From a virus (Duplodnaviria; Caudoviricetes): a DNA stretch of 41,448 bases. This document shows, one piece after another, positions 25,217 to 35,388 of the stretch. The stretch is taken from positions 1-41,448 of IMG/VR virus record IMGVR_UViG_3300037510_000344; one strand, 5' to 3'. The position numbers and the translations under genes are program-made. Numbering within the stretch: the stretch's first letter is position 1; every line of letters starts with the position of its first letter. The notes under the pieces are model-generated. The model saw only the letters and a program-made list of their open reading frames with translations, did not search any database and was not told where the DNA came from.

Positions 25217-27199
25217 ATGGCCTCGGAAAATCCCGCTATCATCATCGACATTGGAGATCCCGAGCGGGACGGCGTTTACCAAAACTTCGACACCCAGACC
25301 AAGGGCAAGTTTGGCATCGACGCGCGCAGCTACACGCACCCGTGCAAATTCCGGCTCGTTCGGCAGTCGAAAACGACGGATCGGCCTTGGGACGACGTGA
25401 ATGTGAGCGGGGCCTTGATCGAGTTTGGGGCCGGTCTCGCTGATCGTCCGCCGACCGCTGGCACCTTTGGGCTCTCCTACAACGGCAGCAGCACCGGCTT
25501 GACTGCACTGGCCTACAACATCACCGCGGCAGCTCTACAGACCGCACTGAACGGCAATGCGGCGATCACGACTGCCGGCGGCGTCACGGTCCAGAAGATT
25601 TCCGATATCTGCTTTCAGGTGACGTTCGTTGTGGCCGGGAATCGGTTCACGATCGGTTCGGACGTTGGCTCGCTGTTCCCGCAATCCGCGATCTCGGTCA
25701 CGGTCGAGCGTGAAGGCACCGTCAGTGTTGCTGAGGTTCAACTGATCGTCATCACGCAGAACCCGTACTGTTACACGCAGGATTTCACCGCGGAAATCTC
25801 CGGCGCGGCCTCAGTCATCTCTCGCCAGAACGGTGCCAACAATCCGCCGAAGAAGTCGATTCAGCGGGTCCAGTTTGCGGAAGGAGTCGAGCCCTACAAC
25901 GGCAACCTGATCTACAACTTTGCGGCGCCCCAGGTCACGACGATTGGGATGCGCGCCAACAGCGACAGCGCACAGCGTACCGTCGTCACCTTCCAGAACG
26001 CTGATGTGGCCGGGGACTATGCCAGCACGTCGATTTGGATGTACAAGGCCAATGGCGACCCCGTAGTAGCTTGGTTCAAGGTCAGTGGCACCGGGACAGC
26101 TCCGCCAACGCCTACGGGCGGAACGATGGTCGAGATCGACATCACGACCGGCGCCGACATCTACACGATTGCAGCCGCATTTCAGACCGGGGTTGACGCG
26201 GCTTCCGGGCTCACCGCTACTCTCACCGCTTCTTTCGTGGCGGTGGTGACCGATACTTCCGGCATCGTGGCTGACTCGTTCCAGATCGGGCTCACTGGAA
26301 AGGTCAACATCCAGAACTTTCCCGGCAGTGATGGCGACCTTGATCAGAAAGTGTGGATCGGGCAGGACAGCCTTGGAAGCGTCGGAGTCTGGCTCAATGC
26401 GACCGGGGCTCTCGTTGCCCCACAGGCCGCTTTGGATTGCGCGCGGCAAGTCGAGGTCGATATCAGTGCGGCAACCACAGTGGGCGACGTTGTAGATGCG
26501 CATGTGACCGCTTTCACTGGCGACACTGGCCTCATCGTGGAATCGAACGTCTCTGGAACCGGCGTCATCGTCACCGACATTGTGGGCGGACCTCGAACCG
26601 ACACCGCGGATTCGGTGACTGCTCCTACCGGTTTCATCTTCGCCACGACTCGGACCGGCCAGAACCTCACCAATAACGTCCCCTACGACGCATCCCAGGG
26701 CGATTTGCAGGACGCCTTTGCGCAGTATTTCCGCGTGGTATACCGCGCCGATGGCAACATTGATTTCACCGCGATTGCGCCCGGGCCATTGCCGCTGATG
26801 ACGATTGACGATTCGGACCTCAGCTATCCAAACACCGTTTTTGCTCAACTCTCGCTCAACACCACGCCGCTTTTTCAAGCGTTCTCGACCGTCTCAGCCA
26901 CGCGTGACTACATCGACCTGACCGCGGAAGGCCGCATCACGTTTCCCGGCAAAGAGCCGTATCTTTTCCTTCGCATCCCGTTCCGCATCTACCGCAGTGT
27001 GCTGGACTCAGGCAGCTATGCGCCGACGCCGACGCCGATCAGCTTCATCGTTGATCCGCCGGCTGCGATGGATTCACCCGGCATCAAGGGTCAGCTCGCC
27101 TTCACCGATCAGGGCTTGTACGAATGTTACGCGACTGGCACAGGATCGGGCACAAATCGTTGGTTGTTCCTCCCCGGAATTGAGTTTCCTGTAACCTAA
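25217..27199 (+). CDS. Tail fibre/baseplate-type structural protein
   Basis: 660 aa, Thr/Ala/Gly/Val-rich, repeated ALAYNITAAALQTALN / VPYDASQGDLQDAF modules. Confidence 0.65.
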   Translation: MASENPAIIIDIGDPERDGVYQNFDTQTKGKFGIDARSYTHPCKFRLVRQSKTTDRPWDDVNVSGALIEFGAGLADRPPTAGTFGLSYNGSSTGLTALAYNITAAALQTALNGNAAITTAGGVTVQKISDICFQVTFVVAGNRFTIGSDVGSLFPQSAISVTVEREGTVSVAEVQLIVITQNPYCYTQDFTAEISGAASVISRQNGANNPPKKSIQRVQFAEGVEPYNGNLIYNFAAPQVTTIGMRANSDSAQRTVVTFQNADVAGDYASTSIWMYKANGDPVVAWFKVSGTGTAPPTPTGGTMVEIDITTGADIYTIAAAFQTGVDAASGLTATLTASFVAVVTDTSGIVADSFQIGLTGKVNIQNFPGSDGDLDQKVWIGQDSLGSVGVWLNATGALVAPQAALDCARQVEVDISAATTVGDVVDAHVTAFTGDTGLIVESNVSGTGVIVTDIVGGPRTDTADSVTAPTGFIFATTRTGQNLTNNVPYDASQGDLQDAFAQYFRVVYRADGNIDFTAIAPGPLPLMTIDDSDLSYPNTVFAQLSLNTTPLFQAFSTVSATRDYIDLTAEGRITFPGKEPYLFLRIPFRIYRSVLDSGSYAPTPTPISFIVDPPAAMDSPGIKGQLAFTDQGLYECYATGTGSGTNRWLFLPGIEFPVT

Positions 27200-27205
27200 A
27201 CCAAA

Positions 27206-28051
27206 ATGGCTCAATCAGCATTCGACATCCTCATCACGCAACGCGACGCCGATAACGCGTTTTATGTCCCGAAACTCGTGCACAAGCCTTCTTCTGGCGC
27301 TGTCACGATTACCTTCGATTCAACTGGAGCAATCAGCACTCAAAACGCCCTTCCTCCAATGATTGGCGTTGGTGAAACCAGCCTTTCGACGCGTCTTCGG
27401 GTGAACCCTAATGGGTCCATTGTCTCGTACACGTTGAGCGCGGAGCAAACCGGGCAGGGCGTGGGGGCCGTCGATCTTCAGTACCGCGCGAATACCTCCG
27501 GGCTGAGCTTGGCCGCTGGAGCAGTTACGACCATTTCAGGGGGTGAGTTGAATGGAATCGAGGAAACTGCAACCGGGGCTTGGGTTCCCGGCGGGCGTTT
27601 GGCGTATCCCTTTGCTTACGGCATGGGCGCATGGGCCTCTGGTTCATTTAGCGGGTTCGGCGGCGATGCGCAGGCAATCGAATGCATTTTCCGCAATACC
27701 ACCACCGATGACACACCAACCGAGCTTTTCTTGGATGGCAGCTCGAAGCGGTTGGAGATACCTGACGGGGCCATGATCTCCGCAGCGATTAGCGTTTCCG
27801 GCATGGGGAACGATGGGGTGCATTATGCGTCCTTTAATGGCTTCGGAACTTTCCAGCGACTGCAAGCCGGAGATGTGAACGCAGCCGGCTTATTGAACGT
27901 TTTTACTGTCACGGATGGAGATGGAGAAACAGCGGAGGTTACATTTGACACTGGCACACAGACCGCATCCATCACAGTCACCGGAGTTGCTGGGGTCACG
28001 ATGCGATGGGTCGCCCGCGTTTACGGCGTCATGGTATCCCATCCCGCTTAG
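27206..28051 (+). CDS. Tail fibre-like structural protein
   Basis: Gly/Thr-rich; GAVDLQ, TTDDTPTELFLDG and terminal MRWVA motifs. Confidence 0.6.
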   Translation: MAQSAFDILITQRDADNAFYVPKLVHKPSSGAVTITFDSTGAISTQNALPPMIGVGETSLSTRLRVNPNGSIVSYTLSAEQTGQGVGAVDLQYRANTSGLSLAAGAVTTISGGELNGIEETATGAWVPGGRLAYPFAYGMGAWASGSFSGFGGDAQAIECIFRNTTTDDTPTELFLDGSSKRLEIPDGAMISAAISVSGMGNDGVHYASFNGFGTFQRLQAGDVNAAGLLNVFTVTDGDGETAEVTFDTGTQTASITVTGVAGVTMRWVARVYGVMVSHPA

Positions 28052-28111
28052 AAAGAAGATCCGCTTTTATAGCTGCCACCCCACGCAGCCTACGGCATAC
28101 GATTCTGAGGC

Positions 28112-28534
28112 ATGAAGAAGATTTTGATTGTCGAGGATGATGCCCGGTTTGCGTCGATCATGGGTGAACTGCTGCGGACTGTGCGGCGAATCTTCGGATC
28201 TTCGGTATCGCTGGAATTTGTGGGTAGCCGGGCGGCAATGCTGACCCGGCTACCTGATGCCGATGTCATCGTTTACGACCTCGTATTGCCCGATTCGAAC
28301 AAGGAAGAGTCTCTTGTCTGGGTTCATGAGAATGCGACCACGCTGCCTCCAATGATTGCGCTATCCGGTTTTCAGGATGACGAGACGCGGCGCCAATGCC
28401 TCGCCGCCGGCTTCGTAGACTTTCTATCCAAAGACCTCTTCGTGATGTCACCTCCAGAAGCGTTTTTTGAGCGTTGCTATAACGCCACAATTCGGCATAG
28501 GTTTCCCGTAAATGGAAACCCGCAAGAAACCTGA
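28112..28534 (+). CDS. Stand-alone response regulator receiver (CheY-like) domain
   Basis: ILIVEDD, VYDLVLPD (phospho-Asp), IALSG, GFVDFLSK: all catalytic positions present. Confidence 0.85.
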   Translation: MKKILIVEDDARFASIMGELLRTVRRIFGSSVSLEFVGSRAAMLTRLPDADVIVYDLVLPDSNKEESLVWVHENATTLPPMIALSGFQDDETRRQCLAAGFVDFLSKDLFVMSPPEAFFERCYNATIRHRFPVNGNPQET

Positions 28535-28895
28535 CCCCGATTTTCAGCCGCGGGCTCTGTTTATTGAGCCGCACAAGATGTGGATTAGCTGGGGCGCAAT
28601 GGGCCTCATCTTGGCAGGAACTGCATGGGGAGTAACACTGCTGAACGATATCAAGTGGACGAACCGAGATAATCAGCGCGTGATGGGGGAACTGAGGATG
28701 GAAATCAAAGGGCAGGCCGATTCGTTGCGTGCCGATATGAAGGGGCAAGGTGAGTCCCTAAGAAGCGATATGCAGAAGCAATCCGTCGAGTTCTGGAAGG
28801 TCAAGCAACAGCGATCTTTCTCGCGGCAGTTGGAGCGCGACAATCCGATGGTCAATGTTCCCGACGTGGACGAGATTATTTCCCGCGTACCATGA
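28512..28895 (+). CDS. Single-TM coiled-coil protein (holin or inner-spanin candidate)
   Basis: One hydrophobic helix then heptads; in the lysis cassette. Confidence 0.5.
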   Translation: METRKKPDPDFQPRALFIEPHKMWISWGAMGLILAGTAWGVTLLNDIKWTNRDNQRVMGELRMEIKGQADSLRADMKGQGESLRSDMQKQSVEFWKVKQQRSFSRQLERDNPMVNVPDVDEIISRVP

Positions 28896-29140
28896 AATAC
28901 CTGCTCTGCCTTCTCCTGTTCTCTGGTTGCGCCTCAACTACGGTGTACGGCCCGAATGGTAAACCGCGACTGAAAACGCAAGCCGACCTCACCAATGTCC
29001 GCCTGACCTCTACGACCTTCACCGCCGATCTAGTCAACCACAGCGCGACCAACAAAATCATGGGTGACAACTTCAGCGCAGGAGCTGCCGCGGTAGGCGC
29101 CGGCATTGCAACCAGCGGCATTCTTTCCATCGTCAAATAA
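28892..29140 (+). CDS. Lipoprotein (spanin candidate)
   Basis: Signal peptide with lipobox LFSGC and hydrophobic C-terminus. Confidence 0.6.
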   Translation: MKYLLCLLLFSGCASTTVYGPNGKPRLKTQADLTNVRLTSTTFTADLVNHSATNKIMGDNFSAGAAAVGAGIATSGILSIVK

Positions 29141-29148
29141 CGCATCCT

Positions 29149-29637
29149 ATGACTGACCGATTTCTCAAATACTTCCCGCTCCTGATCGACTTCGAAGGGT
29201 CCGTTTTCGAGAACGACCCCGACGATGCCGGCGGTGCCACCAAATTCGGGATCGATCAACGCAGCCATCCCGGTGAGGACATTCAACACCTAACCCTGGA
29301 TCGGGCACGCGAAATCTATTGGAACGATTACTGGCTTCCGGTGCATGGCGACGAGATGCCAAAGGGCGTCGGTGAAGTCATGTTTGATATTGCGGTCAAC
29401 AACGGCCGAGGTCGCGCCATCAAATGGGCACAGGAAACGTCCGGGGCCACCGCTGACGGAGTTCTCGGGCCAAAGACCATTGCCGCAATCAACGCTTTCG
29501 GGACAAATATGGCGCGGACCTTGATCGAGCGTCGGGAAGACTTCTACAGGTCGATCGCGAAAGGAAGTCAGGCGAAGTATCTGCGCGGCTGGCTGAACCG
29601 GAATAACCGGCTCTGGGACTACGTGGCCGCCCTGTGA
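29149..29637 (+). CDS. Endolysin, glycoside hydrolase family 108
   Basis: EG...NDPDDAGGATKFGI, FDIAVNNG, DGVLGPKT, RGWLNR. Confidence 0.9.
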   Translation: MTDRFLKYFPLLIDFEGSVFENDPDDAGGATKFGIDQRSHPGEDIQHLTLDRAREIYWNDYWLPVHGDEMPKGVGEVMFDIAVNNGRGRAIKWAQETSGATADGVLGPKTIAAINAFGTNMARTLIERREDFYRSIAKGSQAKYLRGWLNRNNRLWDYVAAL

Positions 29638-29894
29638 ACGCTTGTGGTGGTTCGCCCTGCTCCAATGCAGAGTGCGCACGTAACCTGCCAAACCGGCTCC
29701 AGGTGGTTTATGAAATCGTCGCAAGCCACCGACCTCCATTGCCTGTATTCAGCGCGGATTTGACTCCAGTTCGGTTCGTTCTCCCATGTGGCTGAGATAT
29801 CGAGATTGTTTGAGGTGAGGGTGATCTTGACTGTGCAAGTATTCCCGGTCTTGAATTTGTGGACGTAGGTCCGTGAGAAAGATTCGTCACTCAT
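29619..29894 (-). CDS. Hypothetical protein
   Basis: ATGA-coupled to dnaB. Confidence 0.55.
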   Translation of the reverse strand: MSDESFSRTYVHKFKTGNTCTVKITLTSNNLDISATWENEPNWSQIRAEYRQWRSVACDDFINHLEPVWQVTCALCIGAGRTTTSVHRAAT

Positions 29895-31306
29895 AGTGGT
29901 AGTTTTGACTGCGTGTCAGGCCCCTTCGGCTCATTCAGATTCACAAACCTGGAGTAGAATTTATCAAATCTGACAGATACATCGCCGACTTCCCCGTTGC
30001 GGTTCTTAGCAACAATGAGAGTTGTTTTCCCGCTGTAGGAATCCTCGTCCTCCTCTTCTGGATGGATGAAAATCACTTTATCGGCGTCCTGTTCGATGGC
30101 GCTGCTCTCTCTCAAATCTGATAGTAACGGCCTTCGCTGTTTGCGTTCTACGTCTCTATCGATCTGCGCCAGAACGATGTGCGGGATTTTGAGGGACCGC
30201 GCGATGTCTTTGCAGGCTCCCGAAATCTCGGCGACCTCGACCGCTCGATTCTGAGCAGCCTTTTTCGAGTCGCTTTTCACGCGCTGAAGGTAGTCGGTGA
30301 AAATGGCTTGTACGCCGTACTCCTGAACGACTCTACGCGCCAAGGCCACGAGGGACTGGATGCTCATGCCGATGCAGTCGTAGAAGTGCATGGGAGCCTT
30401 TGAGAGTTCTTCGCCGGCCTCATTCAGCCTGCGGAAGTCTGCGCTATCACCGTGGCCTTGGCTGAGCTTCAGCGCATTGACCCGTGCGCGTCCGCAGACA
30501 GCTCTCTGCATCAACTGCTGCGCGCTCATCTCAAAGCTGAAAAAAGCGATCGGTCGAGCTAGGGAAATCGCGATGTGCTCCGCGATGTTCATCGCAATTG
30601 CCGTCTTTCCCTTCGACGGTCGAGCCGCAATCACCACATCGTCCCCAGGTTCAAGGCCGTTGAGCTTCCAGTCCAGCTCATGCAGGCCCGTGGTGAGGCC
30701 CCTGAGCGTTCCGGGATGCGCATAGCTATATTCGAGGTTGGAGAGCACGCTTGCCACCAATTGGCTGGCACTGGGCTCTTTGATGACCTGGATTCTTCGG
30801 ATCTTCAGCACCTCCGATTCAAGCTGATCAACGGCACCGCTTACGTCGTCCTGCTCGTTGTAGGCTTTCGTGATGAATTCGGTGCAAACCTTGATCCCGT
30901 TCCGAAGCATGTACTTCTCTTGCAGGATTTCGAGGTAGTAGGAGGCATTTGCCGCGGTTGGCAGGAAGGTGAAGAGATCGGTGGTGAAAGCGGCTCCGCC
31001 GCAACCATCCAGAGTCCCGGCGTCCCTCAGCGCCTGAGTCAGCGTAATGAAGTCGCACACCTCGTGGCGCTCCCAGAACCCCAGCAATGTCTCCCAGATC
31101 GTGGCGTGTGCCGGAATAAAGAACCACTCCTTTGTGACGCCCTTTTCGATGCAGAGTCCAACTACTTCTTTGAAGGCGATGAGGCAGGAGCTGAGCACTC
31201 CCTTCTCGGCATCGGGTGACTGAGGAAGCAGCCGATGTGGATCTGTTGGGTAGGTTTTCTTGGCCGTAGAAGCTGCCGCCAAGTCTTCTGGTGTTGGTTC
31301 GTTCAT
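29891..31306 (-). CDS. dnaB: Replicative DNA helicase DnaB
   Basis: Walker A AARPSKGKT, FSFEMS, DYLQ, LAQIDR, SDLRESSAIEQDAD, AKNRNG. Confidence 0.96.
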   Translation of the reverse strand: MNEPTPEDLAAASTAKKTYPTDPHRLLPQSPDAEKGVLSSCLIAFKEVVGLCIEKGVTKEWFFIPAHATIWETLLGFWERHEVCDFITLTQALRDAGTLDGCGGAAFTTDLFTFLPTAANASYYLEILQEKYMLRNGIKVCTEFITKAYNEQDDVSGAVDQLESEVLKIRRIQVIKEPSASQLVASVLSNLEYSYAHPGTLRGLTTGLHELDWKLNGLEPGDDVVIAARPSKGKTAIAMNIAEHIAISLARPIAFFSFEMSAQQLMQRAVCGRARVNALKLSQGHGDSADFRRLNEAGEELSKAPMHFYDCIGMSIQSLVALARRVVQEYGVQAIFTDYLQRVKSDSKKAAQNRAVEVAEISGACKDIARSLKIPHIVLAQIDRDVERKQRRPLLSDLRESSAIEQDADKVIFIHPEEEDEDSYSGKTTLIVAKNRNGEVGDVSVRFDKFYSRFVNLNEPKGPDTQSKLPL

Positions 31307-31935
31307 TTTGGATAAAGCGTGATTTTCTTTCCGATCCTCTCAACCCTGCATTCCGAGATGACGCCATCCTCGATCCACCTTAATATGCAGCTCATCGCGC
31401 TGCGATCGTTGGAATAGTGGTGTTTGGCTTTTCCTATCAAATCGCGGAGACTGATTCCAGGGAAGGCCTTGATCGTCTCGACCACGTTTCTACAGGTCGC
31501 CTTGAAAGGGGTGTAATATCCGCCTCGATTTCCGCCAGCTGCGCAAAACGTCTTTTGTTCCTCGTGGAGTTCTGGGAGATGTTTCGGCCTTCTCATCGGA
31601 GCCATACGCATTGAAGGATCTTCGCCTTTACCGCGCATCCAGAGATACCCGATACCGAACTCGCGAAGGATCGGTTCGACGCGGTAAGATCCCTTACACA
31701 TGGGAGCCGCAATTGAGACGTAGTGAGTCGCCTCCCTCCAATTCAGAGCCTGCAAAATCACATCGAGGTTTGGGCTTTGCTTGCACTCGATCGCCCAAAG
31801 GACTGGCCCTCTCTTCGCGATCAGATCGCAAATTGATCCGCAATGCTTTACCTCTTGGTAAACCTCCCAATGCGAAGCCGTAAGCCACTCCCTCAAATCT
31901 TGAGCCAATGCAGCCTCGGATTCGTACTTTTTCAC
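31303..31935 (-). CDS. PD-(D/E)xK nuclease-like protein
   Basis: EVYQEV...CDLIA...WAIECK motif; GTG start coupled to the upstream stop. Confidence 0.6.
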   Translation of the reverse strand: MKKYESEAALAQDLREWLTASHWEVYQEVKHCGSICDLIAKRGPVLWAIECKQSPNLDVILQALNWREATHYVSIAAPMCKGSYRVEPILREFGIGYLWMRGKGEDPSMRMAPMRRPKHLPELHEEQKTFCAAGGNRGGYYTPFKATCRNVVETIKAFPGISLRDLIGKAKHHYSNDRSAMSCILRWIEDGVISECRVERIGKKITLYPK

Positions 31936-32468
31936 TGCGCATTCCTCCAAGCCTTGAACTCAGCCTTGGCCCACTCCGGAGCTGATCCGAACTCGAAATC
32001 GTAGGTCTTGTCTTGGCAGAAATGCACCCAGCCTTCAGGAGCTTCTTTCAAGGCCGATTTCGGAGCAACCGCTACCCGATTATCTTTGGCCCAATTGCGG
32101 AAACCATTCCGGGCCGCGCTGTGCCAATTCTTCATCGCGGTTTTCCCGCTGACACGCCAGCCATTGGCTTCGAAGTGGTCGAACCATGACGCAATGTCTT
32201 TCGATGGCCAGCGCCCTTTGATGATCTCGTCGGAAGCGGCGAATTCGATGACCTCAGCCAGCGATTCGGGACGATTCGACGGACCTTTGCGCCGGATCAG
32301 TTGTTGCAGCTCTGCCGATGCAGCTTCGCGATTATCGGCCTTAGCGCGGTCAAGCTTTGCGCCGGCATGATCGCCGTCGAGTTCTTTCACGTCGGCTCCA
32401 GCACGTAAAGACAGCGCGCTTTTCTGTAGGTGCTCCAGCAATCTGGGCATGAGGGATCGATTTTGCAT
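31932..32468 (-). CDS. Replication-associated protein with initiator-type C-terminal domain
   Basis: PESLAEV...WFDHFEANGWRV...MKNWHSAARN resembles the C-terminus of phage replisome organisers; upstream of dnaB. Confidence 0.55.
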   Translation of the reverse strand: MQNRSLMPRLLEHLQKSALSLRAGADVKELDGDHAGAKLDRAKADNREAASAELQQLIRRKGPSNRPESLAEVIEFAASDEIIKGRWPSKDIASWFDHFEANGWRVSGKTAMKNWHSAARNGFRNWAKDNRVAVAPKSALKEAPEGWVHFCQDKTYDFEFGSAPEWAKAEFKAWRNAQ

Positions 32469-32482
32469 TAGATTCGGGAGGG

Positions 32483-32827
32483 TTAGGATTCTAAGTTTTC
32501 TACGATGGCGCTGACGGCCTCAAATTCGGTTCGGTGACCTTCCGTCAGTAGACCGCGCTCATCCATGAGCCGGCAATATCCCGCAAATAGCGAAATCGGG
32601 TCTTTCTTCTCCTCGTCAGTCAGGTTGTATCCATTTAGGTTTTTGAGGCATTGCGGAACCGAAAACGCCATCCAATCCTTTTTCCCTACGAAAACCCCCT
32701 CTATTGCGTGAGTGAAGATGCCATATTTTTCCCTCATTTCCTTAACGTATTTACCCCGCTGTGCGCGGGTTTGAACGCGTCGGGGAACCCTGTCTTTTGG
32801 CACATCAATTAAGGGATCTTGGCTCAC
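32483..32827 (-). CDS. Hypothetical protein
   Basis: Coupled to rusA. Confidence 0.55.
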   Translation of the reverse strand: MSQDPLIDVPKDRVPRRVQTRAQRGKYVKEMREKYGIFTHAIEGVFVGKKDWMAFSVPQCLKNLNGYNLTDEEKKDPISLFAGYCRLMDERGLLTEGHRTEFEAVSAIVENLES

Positions 32828-33279
32828 AGCGTTTTCTCCCGGATAGTGATCTCAACGCCGGGACGCGATCCGTACCGCTTTCGAATGATGTGATCGACGA
32901 CAAGGCAGTCGTCTCGCCAGATGATCGAAGTTAAAGCATCCTCTACTGCGCGCGTCAGCTTCACGCTGTCCGGCTTGGCGTCCGGGAAGGGCGGCGCGCT
33001 ATCCTTGAGACGAGAGGCGTTTTTGCCGGTTCCGAAGTGCGACGCAGGACGTGCAAGGTGGAAGGTCAATTCCAAGTAGATAGGGCAATCCCAGAGTTCA
33101 CCATCGTACTCACGACGCGCTGCATCAGAAACCGTGGTCTTCCATGCGCGAGACTTAGGGTTGTCGTCGGTGACCACCGTTCGGCCCGTGAATGCTCCGG
33201 CTTTCTTAAGAGCGAACGCTTTCTTTGATCCTGCCGTCTCCGGCTTCCCGTAGACGTAGAAGTTGATGGGAGGTTTCAT
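32824..33279 (-). CDS. rusA: RusA-family Holliday junction resolvase
   Basis: VYGKP..AGSK, FHLARP, KPDSVKLTRAVEDAL, WRDD. Confidence 0.85.
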   Translation of the reverse strand: MKPPINFYVYGKPETAGSKKAFALKKAGAFTGRTVVTDDNPKSRAWKTTVSDAARREYDGELWDCPIYLELTFHLARPASHFGTGKNASRLKDSAPPFPDAKPDSVKLTRAVEDALTSIIWRDDCLVVDHIIRKRYGSRPGVEITIREKTL

Positions 33280-33464
33280 GCGTACCAGAATCCTTTCTGA
33301 GTTCGGATCTCTTCGAACTTTTGCGCGATGTCGTGATGTCCAATATCCCGAAGGAATTGAAGCAGAGCTTCATCCGCGTCGCCGTGTGCGCATTCGACAT
33401 CGAAGTATTTGGACACTGCTTCCAAGGTGTTCATGCAGTGACGGGCCGCTTCAATCTCGTCCAT
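33276..33464 (-). CDS. Hypothetical protein
   Basis: ATG 33464 with GGAGG upstream; HGDADEALL...FWYA. Confidence 0.6.
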   Translation of the reverse strand: MDEIEAARHCMNTLEAVSKYFDVECAHGDADEALLQFLRDIGHHDIAQKFEEIRTQKGFWYA

Positions 33465-33691
33465 CACTTCACCTCCCTCAGTTGATCCGCGGTCGGCTCC
33501 CATTCGCTGAAGTGCTCCAGCCGTTTTCGAAGCCGTTCGAACTGGCGAGCGGACTTTTGTTCGGCGTAGTCGCTCTGTGAAATTCGGGATTCGATGCGCC
33601 ACATTGGTTTTTTGTCGGACTCCCTGTTGATAGGAGCCAGAATCCCGTCCGTGACGATGCAGAGAATTGCGAGTGCAATAAGTGCTTTCAT
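33464..33691 (-). CDS. Small protein with N-terminal signal/TM segment
   Basis: MKALIALAILCIV; downstream of a TTGACG element at 33744. Confidence 0.5.
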   Translation of the reverse strand: MKALIALAILCIVTDGILAPINRESDKKPMWRIESRISQSDYAEQKSARQFERLRKRLEHFSEWEPTADQLREVK

Positions 33692-33814
33692 AATTTTGAG
33701 TTAAGTATCCCCGCGCGGACTCAGGCAACAAAATCCCTCGTCAACCTGCCGCCAAGCACCTCCAGCGTGAGGCATATATCGGCAGGCCATCGTGTTGATG
33801 CGCGCGGGAAAGGG

Positions 33815-34618
33815 TTATACGATTTTCTCCATTTCCTTCCGAGCCCATTCCGGGATTCCGATGCGGAGAATGTTCTCGTCGTATCCGGGCCACTGATCTT
33901 TTTCGACGCAGCTCCGGTAAAGGGTCAAGTCGCGCTGGTACATCTTCCGACCGTATTCCAGCACGTCCGGCTCAATTGCGTAGACAGCCACCAGATAGGG
34001 CGCAGTTTTCTCGACGCAAATCAGCACGAATTCCCGTTTATCCATGCCGAGCAGGTTGCACAGATCGATGTAGTAGGCGCCCTGGACGTGGTAACGGTAA
34101 TTGTAGATCGAGCGTTCGAACTCGCTGACGCAGGCTTCAGCCGTGGTCTTGACGTCCGCGACCACGTTTCCGGTGATCGGCAGAAGATCCATACGACCTT
34201 TCCTGAGCGTCCCGTGGCCGTCTGTGGCCCAGAGCGACCGTTCCTTGTCGTGACCAAGCAGAAGCTTTGCGCGCGGATGCTTCCAGAGATTTCCGCACAT
34301 CGCATCGATCTGTGATTTCTCTTCCCTGGTCACGATATCCCTACCAGCATTCTCCGCCTTCCACGCAATTCCCTCTTTGGTGGAAAACTTCATCCCTTCC
34401 GGACGTACCGCCAGTTCGGAAACCGTATCAGGCTCCAAAAGGCAGCGGTGAAGCAGCGCGCCAAACCGCTGCGAATCGGTCGCCTCTGGCTTGCGCTCAA
34501 GATACGCTTTGAGGTGAGCCGGCGTCTTGGGCCATGCAAGCTGATCCAGCATCGACTTGCTGACACCATCGGCGGCGGTGTAGTCCTCGAAGGCTACGGA
34601 ATGAATGCCATCTTTCAT
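33815..34618 (-). CDS. recE: RecE/ExoVIII-like PD-(D/E)xK exonuclease
   Basis: GVSKSMLD, FGALLH..LLEP, KGRMD, DVKTT, YHVQGAYY, VEKTAPY. Confidence 0.85.
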   Translation of the reverse strand: MKDGIHSVAFEDYTAADGVSKSMLDQLAWPKTPAHLKAYLERKPEATDSQRFGALLHRCLLEPDTVSELAVRPEGMKFSTKEGIAWKAENAGRDIVTREEKSQIDAMCGNLWKHPRAKLLLGHDKERSLWATDGHGTLRKGRMDLLPITGNVVADVKTTAEACVSEFERSIYNYRYHVQGAYYIDLCNLLGMDKREFVLICVEKTAPYLVAVYAIEPDVLEYGRKMYQRDLTLYRSCVEKDQWPGYDENILRIGIPEWARKEMEKIV

Positions 34619-35370
34619 TTGGTTTCAGCGTCGAGGGTGAATGCTTGTGCAGCCGATTCTTTAGCGGCCTCAGGCCCAGGAATGAAGGGCTCTTGAGCCG
34701 GACCGCCAATGTCGAGGCCAGAAGCCACTTCGCGAGCCTTCGCTGGCTTCTCGGCGTATTCCCCAGCCATGAGGTCTTGCGCCAACGGAAGACCTTTTAG
34801 CGCATTCGGAAACGCATCGTTCTCGGCGCGATGGCGAGCCTTGTAGCGCAACATGTCTTTCGGATACTGAGACCACGGGCCAGCCTTCTTCCAGAGCCCG
34901 GCGACTTTGGCGTCTGACACGCTGAAGGTTCTACGAACCGGCTCACGATTACGAGGCTTGATGACCGAGACAGCGCACACCTCTTTGTTTGCCGTGATGG
35001 CCGGCGTGACTTCTTCCTCATCGGCGCGCGCGCCATCGACTAGGAAAAATTCATCGATGTCTTCGAATCCGGGCTGATTCATGCAGATCGCAAGGGTTGC
35101 GGGGCCGTAGACACTGACTTTCCCATTGATGACCGCAATGTTTTGAAGCGCCTGCATCGGAGAAAATCCAAGCTCTGCGCCGGTCTGGATCGCCAGCATG
35201 ACTTGCTCCGGCGTCTGAAACGATTTCGGGGCTAGATTGCTGGCGCAGACCGCTCGCGAAAAGCGAAACATGTCTTCCAGCGTAGTAAGTTGCACGCCAC
35301 GTTCAGTGACGAGGATCGGGGCTTTGGGTTGCTCGCGAGTAGCGAGTGCTTCGGGTTGGGGTTCGTTCAT
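34615..35370 (-). CDS. recT: RecT-like ssDNA annealing protein
   Basis: GAELGFSPMQALQNIAVINGK, AKVAGLW...GPWSQYPKDML; start moved to ATG 35370 because the longer ORF overlaps a tRNA. Confidence 0.8.
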   Translation of the reverse strand: MNEPQPEALATREQPKAPILVTERGVQLTTLEDMFRFSRAVCASNLAPKSFQTPEQVMLAIQTGAELGFSPMQALQNIAVINGKVSVYGPATLAICMNQPGFEDIDEFFLVDGARADEEEVTPAITANKEVCAVSVIKPRNREPVRRTFSVSDAKVAGLWKKAGPWSQYPKDMLRYKARHRAENDAFPNALKGLPLAQDLMAGEYAEKPAKAREVASGLDIGGPAQEPFIPGPEAAKESAAQAFTLDAETK

Positions 35371-35388
35371 AAATGCGATGTTGAAAAG

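Noticed and set aside
25217-28051. Diversity-generating retroelement or invertible tail-fibre cassette
   Set aside because: No reverse transcriptase, invertase or template/variable repeat pair seen
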